A stretch of DNA of 64,000 nt, from positions 69,248 through 133,247 of the forward strand of contig JAHLWR010000003.1 in assembly GCA_019057815.1 (NCBI GenBank). The letters run 5' to 3'. The stretch's first letter is position 1; each line of letters starts with the position of its first letter. Positions 28,450 to 36,704 of the stretch are shown piece by piece. The notes beneath the pieces are model-generated. The model saw only the letters and a program-made list of their open reading frames with translations. It had not been told where the DNA came from and did not search any database. Origin of the DNA: Candidatus Heimdallarchaeota archaeon. Lineage in GTDB: Archaea; Asgardarchaeota; Heimdallarchaeia; Heimdallarchaeales; Heimdallarchaeaceae. The translations under genes and the position numbers were made by a program.

Positions 28450-29055
28450 TTGATGGGAATTAAAGATAGGTTTAATAATCAATATGAAAAGAATAACACG
28501 AGAAACTTGATGTTTGATTACCTATTTAAAACGATAATTGTTGGAAATCCAGGAGTAGGGAAAACATCAATAACACTCCGATTTGCTACTGGAGTATTTA
28601 AATCAAGATATCTCCCAACAATAGGCGTAGAATTCTCAGTAAAAGATATTGAAGTGAAAGGACAGCACATAAAATTACAATTATGGGATACAGGAAGTCA
28701 TGATCGTTTCTCTTATATTAGACCAATGTATTATAGAGGAAGTTATGGTGTTCTGGTAGTTTGTGATTTAGCAAATGAGCTGACACTTAAAGAACTCGAT
28801 AAATGGTTCACAGAAGTGTACTCCAATACTGAGGAAGTGATACCAGCTATATTGATAGGTAATAAAGCTGATTTGGGTGATAAGCGCTTGATATCGACAG
28901 AAGAACTTTTGCAATATGCTTCAGAAAAGAAAGACGAGTACAAATTAGCTGAAATACCAGTCTATGAGGTTTCAGCAAAATCAGGGCAAAATATTAATGA
29001 TATTTACTATCGCTTAGCAGATTTAATGATTAAAAAATCTAATGAATCGGAATAA
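28450..29055 (+). CDS. Ras-superfamily small GTPase, Rab-like. The true start may be the internal Met at 28510 (MFDYLFKTIIVG...).
   Basis: G1 GNPGVGKTS, Rab-like TIGVEF, switch II LWDTGSHDRF (canonical WDTAGQERF), YYRGS, G4 GNKADL, G5 SAK. No C-terminal prenylation Cys. Confidence 0.75.
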   Translation: MMGIKDRFNNQYEKNNTRNLMFDYLFKTIIVGNPGVGKTSITLRFATGVFKSRYLPTIGVEFSVKDIEVKGQHIKLQLWDTGSHDRFSYIRPMYYRGSYGVLVVCDLANELTLKELDKWFTEVYSNTEEVIPAILIGNKADLGDKRLISTEELLQYASEKKDEYKLAEIPVYEVSAKSGQNINDIYYRLADLMIKKSNESE

Positions 29056-29164
29056 ATAACTTATAACTCTGCTTCTTCTCATGTTATTAATAAAAATCCA
29101 AATTTTCATTTTAATGAGGTTGTATGCAAATATTTAAGTTATTTTTACTCATTATAGTATATAT

Positions 29165-29747
29165 AATAAATTTAGATTGTTTTAGGTGAAAAAACTATGG
29201 CTAAAATAGTTGATGTCCGTATAAACGGAAGAGGAGGGCAAGGAGCTGTGACAGCTTCTCGTCTATTAGCAGAAGCAGCTATCATAGAAGGACAATATGT
29301 TCATGCTTTCCCTAACTTCGGTCCTGAAAGGGCAGGGGCTCCAGTTACGTCATTTTCAAGAATCAGCCCTGAGCCCTTTACAGAGAAAATAGAGGTTTAT
29401 AATCCAGATATCGTGGTTGTAATAGATTCTTCTTTGTTGGGTGATGTTCAAATAGCTGAAGGTTTAAAACCTGGAGGTATAATTATTTGCAACTACGAAG
29501 GGAAATTGGAATCGCTAAAACACTATTTTGAAGGAGTAGATTCTAAAATTTATAAGATATCTGGAACAAGAATTGCTAGGGAAGAGCTGGGAATAAATAA
29601 ACCAAATATGATAATGCTAGGTGCATTGTTAAAAGTTGTTCAGATTGTTAAACTTGAAAGTCTAATCAAAGTAACTAAAGAAAGATTCAAAGGTGTAATT
29701 GGTGAAAAAAATTCTAAAGCTATGAAAAGAGCATATAATGAGGTGAC
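29165..29747. repeat. Duplicated segment, copy A, about 583 bp. It covers the gamma-subunit gene (porG) plus about 30 bp of leader. The internal ~500 bp are identical to copy B at 30295..30877.
   Basis: Direct comparison shows differences only at the edges (first ~30 bp and last ~35 bp). Spacing 1130-1131 bp. Confidence 0.85.
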
Positions 29748-29766
29748 AGGCAATGGTACAATCTAA
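29197..29766 (+). CDS. porG: 2-oxoacid (pyruvate):ferredoxin oxidoreductase gamma subunit, orphan duplicate copy.
   Basis: MAKIVDVRINGRGGQGAVTASRLLAEAAI...; 189 aa. The C-terminus diverges (…VTGNGTI) and no delta subunit follows. Confidence 0.8.
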   Translation: MAKIVDVRINGRGGQGAVTASRLLAEAAIIEGQYVHAFPNFGPERAGAPVTSFSRISPEPFTEKIEVYNPDIVVVIDSSLLGDVQIAEGLKPGGIIICNYEGKLESLKHYFEGVDSKIYKISGTRIAREELGINKPNMIMLGALLKVVQIVKLESLIKVTKERFKGVIGEKNSKAMKRAYNEVTGNGTI

Positions 29767-30022
29767 TGTCTGGTTCATAAAAAAGCAGAGTTGCTCAACC
29801 AACCTGTCAGAATAGCGTCAGAAGAACTATAAACAGAGAAGCTAAATTTAGGAGGTTTAGAATATAAACTAGATTAGTGAATTATTAGTGTTTAAAGATT
29901 TTAATCCTATTTTAGGTCCCCTAAATGTTATTTTCTCTCGGGAAAACTATATTTAAAAATAACCTATTTACGGAGAATATCACAATAATTTCTTTAAACA
30001 TAAGAAAGTTTCCGGTGATAAA

Positions 30023-30316
30023 ATGGTATATAAATTTCCAAGCAAAGGATGGATTGAATACTATAAGGACATTCTAAACAGTGAAAAGGGCAAACCATGG
30101 CAAAAAGCTGCTAAAGCGTGGGAAGGCGACTTTCTATTTGTTATAGAACCTGATGAAAAATTAAAGCAAGGGAACACTTTCTACATAAATCTATGGCATG
30201 GAGAATGTAGGAAAGTAGACAGCTCAGAGGATGGAAAAAAATTACCGGAATCTGAGTTTGAGTACAGAGGAATACTTACTCAAGATAGCTTAATTAATAA
30301 ATTTAGATTATTTTAG
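30023..30316 (+). CDS. Hypothetical 97-aa protein between the two gamma-subunit copies.
   Basis: ORF with no recognisable motifs (…WQKAAKAWEGDFLFVIEPDEKLKQGNTFYINLWHGECRKV…). Confidence 0.3.
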   Translation: MVYKFPSKGWIEYYKDILNSEKGKPWQKAAKAWEGDFLFVIEPDEKLKQGNTFYINLWHGECRKVDSSEDGKKLPESEFEYRGILTQDSLINKFRLF

Positions 30317-30877
30317 GTGAAAAAATTGTGGCTAGCATAGTTGATGTTCGTATAAACGGAAGAGGAGGGCAAGGAGCTGTGACAGCTTCTCGTCTATTAG
30401 CAGAAGCAGCTATCATAGAAGGACAATATGTTCATGCTTTCCCTAACTTCGGTCCTGAAAGGGCAGGGGCTCCAGTTACGTCATTTTCAAGAATCAGCCC
30501 TGAGCCCTTTACAGAGAAAATAGAGGTTTATAATCCAGATATCGTGGTTGTAATAGATTCTTCTTTGTTGGGTGATGTTCAAATAGCTGAAGGTTTAAAA
30601 CCTGGAGGTATAATTATTTGCAACTACGAAGGGAAATTGGAATCGCTAAAACACTATTTTGAAGGAGTAGATTCTAAAATTTATAAGATATCTGGAACAA
30701 GAATTGCTAGGGAAGAGCTGGGAATAAATAAACCAAATATGATAATGCTAGGTGCATTGTTAAAAGTTGTTCAGATTGTTAAACTTGAAAGTCTAATCAA
30801 AGTAACTAAAGAAAGATTCAAAGGTGTAATTGGTGAAAAAAATACTAAAGCTATTAGAAGAGCATATAATGAGGTGG
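30295..30877. repeat. Duplicated segment, copy B (operon-linked gamma-subunit copy).
   Basis: See copy A. Confidence 0.85.
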
Positions 30878-30882
30878 AATGA
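30328..30882 (+). CDS. porG: 2-oxoacid (pyruvate):ferredoxin oxidoreductase gamma subunit, operon copy, GTG start.
   Basis: 184 aa, identical to copy A except residue 3 (S for K) and the last ~10 residues. Its stop overlaps the delta-subunit start (ATGA). Confidence 0.85.
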   Translation: MASIVDVRINGRGGQGAVTASRLLAEAAIIEGQYVHAFPNFGPERAGAPVTSFSRISPEPFTEKIEVYNPDIVVVIDSSLLGDVQIAEGLKPGGIIICNYEGKLESLKHYFEGVDSKIYKISGTRIAREELGINKPNMIMLGALLKVVQIVKLESLIKVTKERFKGVIGEKNTKAIRRAYNEVE

Positions 30883-31220
30883 TGAAAAAAAAGGAAATAC
30901 CTCTTGATATCCAAAAGTGGCATATAAACAAGTGGGGAACTGAAAAATTGCCAATTGGTGGAGCTGTACCCTTTCACAGTTCATATGGTTATAAAACAGG
31001 AAATTGGTCAGCGAGGAAACCGTTTATTGATCAAGAAAAATGCACTGGGTGCTTGAATTGCTTCTATTATTGCCCTGATTCTGCAATTGAAATGCAAGAA
31101 ATTGAAGGAAAATACGTAGCAGAATGTGATTTCAACTATTGTAAAGGCTGTGGAATATGTGTGCAACATTGTCCTGTTAATGCAATAGAATGGACGAAAG
31201 TGAGGTGGCACACAAAATGA
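30879..31220 (+). CDS. porD: 2-oxoacid:ferredoxin oxidoreductase delta subunit (2x[4Fe-4S] ferredoxin).
   Basis: CTGCLNCFYYCP and CKGCGICVQHCP cluster motifs. 113 aa. Confidence 0.85.
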   Translation: MMKKKEIPLDIQKWHINKWGTEKLPIGGAVPFHSSYGYKTGNWSARKPFIDQEKCTGCLNCFYYCPDSAIEMQEIEGKYVAECDFNYCKGCGICVQHCPVNAIEWTKVRWHTK

Positions 31221-32407
31221 TAGAACCAATAGTTAAAGGAATGACAGGTGATGAGGCTGTTGCTTGGGCTGCAAAACAAATAAATCCAGATGTAATAGCC
31301 GCCTACCCTATCACACCCCAGACAATTATTGTTGAACGCTTTTCAGATTATGTGAATGATGGTTTAGTTGATACTTCATATATTCCAGTTGAATCAGAAC
31401 ATTCAGCAATGTCTGCATGTGTAGGTGCTTCAGCAACGGGAGCAAGAGTTTTTACTGCTACGGCTTCTGCTGGACTAGCTTTAATGTATGAAATTCTTTA
31501 TGTGGCTTCAGGTATGAGATTACCTATCGTTTTAGCTGTCGCAAACAGAGCTTTTTCAGCTCCAATTAATATACATGGAGAGTGCACAGATCAAATGGTC
31601 TGTCGCGATGCTTCATGGATTTCTCTTTTTGGTGAATCAGCACAAGAGGCATATGATGAAACTATTATGTCTTTCAAAATAGGAGAAAACCCAGAAGTAA
31701 TGCTTCCAACAATGTTTGGTATAGAAGGTTTTATTGTTACACATGCTCTTGAAAGAGTCGATACACTTCCTGACAAAACCGTTAAAGAATTTCTCGGTGA
31801 TAGAAGAGTAATACCAGCCTGTTGTACTTTTAACCCATTCGCTGTAGGAACTTTTGGTTCTTTAGTTTTACAAGATAATTACATGGAACTTAAAAGACAA
31901 CAAGAAGAAGCAATGCAAAAAGCTTATCACGTAACAAAAAATGTTATGGCAGAATTTTCCGAGATTTCAGGAAGGGATTACGAAATAATTGAAAAATATA
32001 ATCTTGAAGATGCTGACTATGCTTTTGTCTCGTATGGAGCAACAGCAGGGAATGCTAAAGCTGTAGTTGATCGTTTAAGAGAAAAAGGAGAAAAGGTTGG
32101 TTCACTAAAAATAAGACTATATCGTCCTTATCCTGTTTCTGACATCTATGAAGCTCTGAAAGGAATTAAAGCCGTATCTATTCTAGATCGTTCTGCAACT
32201 TTCGGTTCTCCAGCAACCATAGCTCAAAACGACTTGGCAGCAGCTCTTTATGGAAAGAAAGATGTTCCTACACTACATGGCTATATTAATGGTCTTGGGG
32301 GACGCGTTTTATTACTTCCTGAAATTGAACAAGTCTATGAACAGTCTAAGAAATATCATGAGGAGGGGAAAGCCTTGACTCAAGATTGGATAGGGTATAG
32401 AAGGTGA
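31217..32407 (+). CDS. porA: 2-oxoacid:ferredoxin oxidoreductase alpha subunit.
   Basis: MIEPIVKGMTGDEAVAWAA...; start overlaps the delta-subunit stop (ATGA at 31217-31220). About 397 aa. Confidence 0.8.
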   Translation: MIEPIVKGMTGDEAVAWAAKQINPDVIAAYPITPQTIIVERFSDYVNDGLVDTSYIPVESEHSAMSACVGASATGARVFTATASAGLALMYEILYVASGMRLPIVLAVANRAFSAPINIHGECTDQMVCRDASWISLFGESAQEAYDETIMSFKIGENPEVMLPTMFGIEGFIVTHALERVDTLPDKTVKEFLGDRRVIPACCTFNPFAVGTFGSLVLQDNYMELKRQQEEAMQKAYHVTKNVMAEFSEISGRDYEIIEKYNLEDADYAFVSYGATAGNAKAVVDRLREKGEKVGSLKIRLYRPYPVSDIYEALKGIKAVSILDRSATFGSPATIAQNDLAAALYGKKDVPTLHGYINGLGGRVLLLPEIEQVYEQSKKYHEEGKALTQDWIGYRR

Positions 32408-34482
32408 GGAATATGATAGAATTACAACGTGTTAACTTAAAAGAAATCTCTAAACTAGAACCTGCTCTAACAGGAGGTCATAGACTCTGCGCAGGATGTG
32501 GTGCAGGTACAATGGCAAGACAAGTAACTCTAGCTGCACAAGCTCTAAAGGAACCTTTTATGATTGTTAATGCCACAGGGTGCCTTGAAGTAGCAACAAC
32601 TATCTATCCATATAATTCATGGACCGTACCATGGTTGCATAATGCTTTTGAGAATGCAGCAGCAACAGCTTCAGGAACAATTGTAGCACTAGAAGCTCTG
32701 AGAAGAAAGAAACAACTAGAGTATGATCAAATAAATATATTAATTTTCGGAGGTGATGGGGGGACGTATGATATAGGTCTTCAGAGTCTATCAGGAGCAA
32801 TAGAAAGAGGACATGATTTTCTATATGTCTGTTATAATAATGGAGCATACATGAACTGCTTAAGTTTAGATACTTTCATTATGACTGAAGATGGTCTTAA
32901 ACGTGTAATTGAAATCCAATTGGGTGATCTTGTTTATGCTTTTGATCAGACTACAGGGGATTTGGTCTTAAAAGAATGTAGCGGTATATATGATAATGGT
33001 ACTAAAGAAGTCTATGAATTGAAAACACTACATCACTCAATAAAAACAACATTAAATCATCCATTTCTGACAGTTCAAATGAGTCGAAAGAAAGATGTGA
33101 ATGCTTTGATTTGGAAAACTCTTGAGCAATTAGAACTAGGAGATGAGATAATCGTTTTAAAGAAATTGACAGGTGGAAAGAGTTATACTTTCAAGAAAAT
33201 AGATCTCTCCGTAAGGGGAGATTTTAAAGTTCATAAAATAAATGAAATCCAACTACCAGAAAGTAGCAATCCAGAGCTAATGGAATTTCTTGGTCTGTAC
33301 ATAGGTGATGGTTGGACAAGATCTCATAAAGCTGAAACAGGATTTTCTTTTCCAGAGAAAACAGATGCGAGAGCGAGGTTAGTCTTCTTATCAAAGAAAT
33401 TATTTAATTTAGAACCTAGTACTACTAGTCTTAATGACGTATATTTATACTCTATAAATCTTGCACGGTTTATCGAATCACTTGGTTTTGGTAAAGGAGC
33501 TAAAAATAAGATTATACCATCTTGGGTCTTTACTATACCTCTTGAAGAAAAAGAAGCATTAGTTAAGGGATTAATGCAATCTGATGGATATATTGTAGGA
33601 AAAAGCAAAAGGTATGTTTCTGCTAGTTATGAATTGCTCAAAACATTAAGACTGTTATTGCAAACCATGAATTATAGAGTTGGAAAAATACATCAACAAA
33701 CAAAGAAAAAAGGAACGTTTGTAGTTTATAGAAAATTACTGGAAGATAGTAGCTACGGTTATGTCTGTTTTAGTAAAAAGAAGGAACCGAATATAGACAA
33801 ATATCTATCACAAATTAAACAGAGAAACTTCTTAGCAGAAAATAAATATTTTAGTTCAGAGAAAATTACTTCCATTGAATTCATTAAGGAAGAACCTACA
33901 ATAGATCTTAGAGTTGAAGATGAACATAATTTCATTGCAGATGGAATAGTCGTCCACAATACTGGAATCCAACGTTCTAGTGGAACCCCTATGTGTGCTT
34001 CCACAACAACCAGTCCTGCTGGAACTGTTATCCCTGGTAAGATTAAGTGGGCCAAACCTCTTCCAGATATTATGGCTGCTCATGGAATTCCAACATTTAC
34101 TGCTAGTCCCTTCTACCATCGCGATCTGATGTCCAAAGTTCAGGCTGGGTTAAACCATGAAGGTCCTGCTTTCCTTCTTGTCGATTCACCTTGCAACTTG
34201 GGTCAACGATACGAGCCTAACATTTCATTAGAAATAGCTAAACTCGCTGTTCAATCTTGTTTCTTCCCATTATACATGACATATCAAGATGAATGGGCAT
34301 TCACTAGTGAATCCTTAAGAATTGCTAATAATCCTGATAAAAAGGTTCCAGTTGAAGATTACCTTAAACTTCAAGGACGGTTCAAACATCTCTTCAAACC
34401 TGAATGGAAGGATAAGTTGGTTGAGATTCAAGAAACAATTGATAATCGTTGGGAACGATTAATAAAGAAAACAAAATACTAA
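32404..34482 (+). CDS. porB: 2-oxoacid:ferredoxin oxidoreductase beta subunit (TPP-binding) interrupted by an intein. 692-aa precursor, 324-aa extein.
   Basis: CAGCGAG...GGDGG TPP motif. Extein junction YNNGAYMN / TGIQRSSGTP matches the conserved PorB AYMNTG(N/I)QRS block. Confidence 0.85.
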   Translation: MRNMIELQRVNLKEISKLEPALTGGHRLCAGCGAGTMARQVTLAAQALKEPFMIVNATGCLEVATTIYPYNSWTVPWLHNAFENAAATASGTIVALEALRRKKQLEYDQINILIFGGDGGTYDIGLQSLSGAIERGHDFLYVCYNNGAYMNCLSLDTFIMTEDGLKRVIEIQLGDLVYAFDQTTGDLVLKECSGIYDNGTKEVYELKTLHHSIKTTLNHPFLTVQMSRKKDVNALIWKTLEQLELGDEIIVLKKLTGGKSYTFKKIDLSVRGDFKVHKINEIQLPESSNPELMEFLGLYIGDGWTRSHKAETGFSFPEKTDARARLVFLSKKLFNLEPSTTSLNDVYLYSINLARFIESLGFGKGAKNKIIPSWVFTIPLEEKEALVKGLMQSDGYIVGKSKRYVSASYELLKTLRLLLQTMNYRVGKIHQQTKKKGTFVVYRKLLEDSSYGYVCFSKKKEPNIDKYLSQIKQRNFLAENKYFSSEKITSIEFIKEEPTIDLRVEDEHNFIADGIVVHNTGIQRSSGTPMCASTTTSPAGTVIPGKIKWAKPLPDIMAAHGIPTFTASPFYHRDLMSKVQAGLNHEGPAFLLVDSPCNLGQRYEPNISLEIAKLAVQSCFFPLYMTYQDEWAFTSESLRIANNPDKKVPVEDYLKLQGRFKHLFKPEWKDKLVEIQETIDNRWERLIKKTKY
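32857..33960 (+). mobile_element. Intein in the beta subunit. 368 aa with LAGLIDADG endonuclease motifs.
   Basis: Begins with Cys (CLSLDTF) and ends VVHN followed by +1 Thr. Motifs LGLYIGDGWT and LMQSDGYIV. Codon positions verified (tgc at 32857, aat at 33958-33960). Confidence 0.8.
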
Positions 34483-34709
34483 TCTTTTTCTCCTCATTCT
34501 TTCTTTTTCTTGAGATTATTAGTGAAATATTCTCTTTCTGATTATAGTATGCACAAGATTATGAAAATGTTGTTTTAAAAAAGCTAAAAGTATTATAATA
34601 GGGAAAAGAGAATATTTGCTAATGCCCTTTTTTTCTTGTAGAAACTCTAATTCTGATTTAATATTTGTGTCTTCATAATCTTTATTAAATATTTATCTGA
34701 TTTGCAATC

Positions 34710-35060
34710 ATGGCGACAAAAAAACAATTGGCAAATTGGGGCTCTATTCTTGCTCTAATTGGTGGAATTCTTGAAGTAGCTGTAGGAGTCTTGATGTTAA
34801 TAGGAGGAATTCTAGAAAGTATCCTTGATATCTTCAATAAATCTAATTGGCTTGGTCCTTTGGTAGGGAATGATTTAGTCTCTGCTATAATACTAATAGT
34901 TGTTGGAGTTATTGTCATTCTCATTGCGATTGGGAGATTTGGATTAAATTATACTGTAATTGCAATTATCTTCATCATCTTAGGAATTATAGGAAGTAGT
35001 CTTGCTGCTTTACTTATTCTAATTGGTGGAATTCTATACTTAATCGCTGCTTTGAAATAA
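34710..35060 (+). CDS. Small polytopic membrane protein with internal LIGGIL repeats.
   Basis: 116 aa, 3-4 hydrophobic helices, repeated LIGGILE/LIGGILY. Confidence 0.35.
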   Translation: MATKKQLANWGSILALIGGILEVAVGVLMLIGGILESILDIFNKSNWLGPLVGNDLVSAIILIVVGVIVILIAIGRFGLNYTVIAIIFIILGIIGSSLAALLILIGGILYLIAALK

Positions 35061-35063
35061 ACT

Positions 35064-36527
35064 CTAATTTTTTTTCTTTTTCTTTTTCCTTTTTACCTTC
35101 CTTTCTGATCTCTTTTGCTTTAAGAGGATGAAATTATCCTTTGAAAAAGCATATAGTTCTTTGTAATTTTGTGGTCTCCAGAAAGCTAAATGCATTGTTA
35201 AATCATATGTAGAAATTGCAGTTATTAAAAGCAAAAATACGTAGAACATATGTAACCATTTTATTTGCATGATAATCCACACATTAACAACAAAAAGCCA
35301 ACTAATAAGAGCTAGGAAAATTGCTGTTGCAAGAGGCTTCCATTTAATATTCCTGTATAATTGGGTGAAAGCTATTATCAAAAAAGGCATGAAAAAAGGG
35401 TCGTAATATTTGTAATTTCCTCGTGGTTGGAAAAGGTGTGCACCAACTACAAACATCGCGAGAAAAGAATACCAAGCGCCTTTTTTCTTATATAAATGAG
35501 GACCAATTAACATCATAGCAAAATAGCATAAAACAGAGAAAAGAAGAAAAGGCAAATATAATTCATTCATTTCATAATAAAATAAAGCTAAACCTTCCCA
35601 TTCCCAATAAAGAAATGCGTGAAAAGGTGTTGTTGACCATAGTCTCCACGTAGAATGAATAGAAAATTGAACATTGATGGTTGTACCTGTCCAAAGTTGT
35701 CGTCTAAAGTAACTTAATTTATGCATGTAAATCCATGGTAGAGAAATTATTAGTCCAACAACGAATAGAACTAAAAGAAATTCTAGACTTTTTCTAATGT
35801 CATTACGGAAGTAGTAAAGAAAGAAAATTGGTACCAAATATAGGGCAATGAGTTTTGTAAATACAGCTATAGCTAAAAAACTAGCTGAGAGTTTGTGTTT
35901 TTCGCTAATAAGAAAGTATAGGGCGAGTATGGTGAAGAATGTGAACATGTAAGTGTTGAGATAAACAATAGTATTGTAAAAAAGAACTAGAGGTGAAAAG
36001 GTGTAAATTAAGCTACCTGTTAGTGGTAAAACGTATTGCATAACTCCTTCGATTTTCTTTTTCGCGCTTTTTTGAATGATTAAAAATATAAGAATTGTAG
36101 TAAGAGAATCAAAGAAAGCTGGAGCAATTGTTACAGTTTCCCATGCTAACTCCATGCGAGTAAGAGAAGGATGAAAAATTTGAACAAAATATGAAAGAAA
36201 AACAAACATGTAAGCAAAAATCGGTCCATAAACATACCCCACTAATGGCCAAGTCATGTCTCCATAAAGATTCCAATTTTGATACCTAAAAGCATAGAGA
36301 TAAGATCTATAGTAATCAGTTGCATCTTGATATGTTTCCCAATAATGACCTGTAGAGGAAATATACGGAGTGACATCATAGTTGTGCAAGAACCAAGTTT
36401 CTATTATTGCTCTAATAGCGAAAGATATTAAGAATATACTGTAACATATGGCTATCTGCTTCAGCTTCTGATAGTTGTTTGAAGATAAATAGATTCCAGT
36501 TTTGTCGACAACGTTTCTAATTCGCAC
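35064..36527 (-). CDS. Large polytopic membrane protein, possibly a GT-C-fold glycosyltransferase (PMT/ArnT-like), ending in a poly-Lys tail.
   Basis: 487 aa, more than 10 TM helices, aromatic-rich loops. C-terminal KRKKKKKKN. Family assignment is tentative. Confidence 0.3.
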   Translation of the reverse strand: MRIRNVVDKTGIYLSSNNYQKLKQIAICYSIFLISFAIRAIIETWFLHNYDVTPYISSTGHYWETYQDATDYYRSYLYAFRYQNWNLYGDMTWPLVGYVYGPIFAYMFVFLSYFVQIFHPSLTRMELAWETVTIAPAFFDSLTTILIFLIIQKSAKKKIEGVMQYVLPLTGSLIYTFSPLVLFYNTIVYLNTYMFTFFTILALYFLISEKHKLSASFLAIAVFTKLIALYLVPIFFLYYFRNDIRKSLEFLLVLFVVGLIISLPWIYMHKLSYFRRQLWTGTTINVQFSIHSTWRLWSTTPFHAFLYWEWEGLALFYYEMNELYLPFLLFSVLCYFAMMLIGPHLYKKKGAWYSFLAMFVVGAHLFQPRGNYKYYDPFFMPFLIIAFTQLYRNIKWKPLATAIFLALISWLFVVNVWIIMQIKWLHMFYVFLLLITAISTYDLTMHLAFWRPQNYKELYAFSKDNFILLKQKRSERKVKRKKKKKKN

Positions 36528-36704
36528 AGAATAAATGAAAAGCTTACTATAGTTAAATTTTTTCCAAAGAAAGAGATTTTAATACGAAATGCAAGAGATT
36601 TGCAAATAAACTGTTTTTTTGACTGAACATAGCGAAGTACACTTCCTTTGGGGAGTAGTTTATCATAAAAGTTAAATCACTATTAGTTGTATTCTTAATA
36701 GAAT

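Noticed and set aside
30771-31229. Minus-strand ORFs 30771..30977, 30793..30984 and 31008..31229
   Set aside because: Antisense to the gamma- and delta-subunit genes, which have clear family motifs and SD-linked starts.
36500-36527. Poly-lysine tail (KRKKKKKKN) on the membrane glycosyltransferase-like protein as a possible frameshift or poly-A artefact
   Set aside because: The reading frame is continuous and ends at a proper stop. Basic C-terminal tails after the last TM helix are common, so there is no evidence of an artefact.
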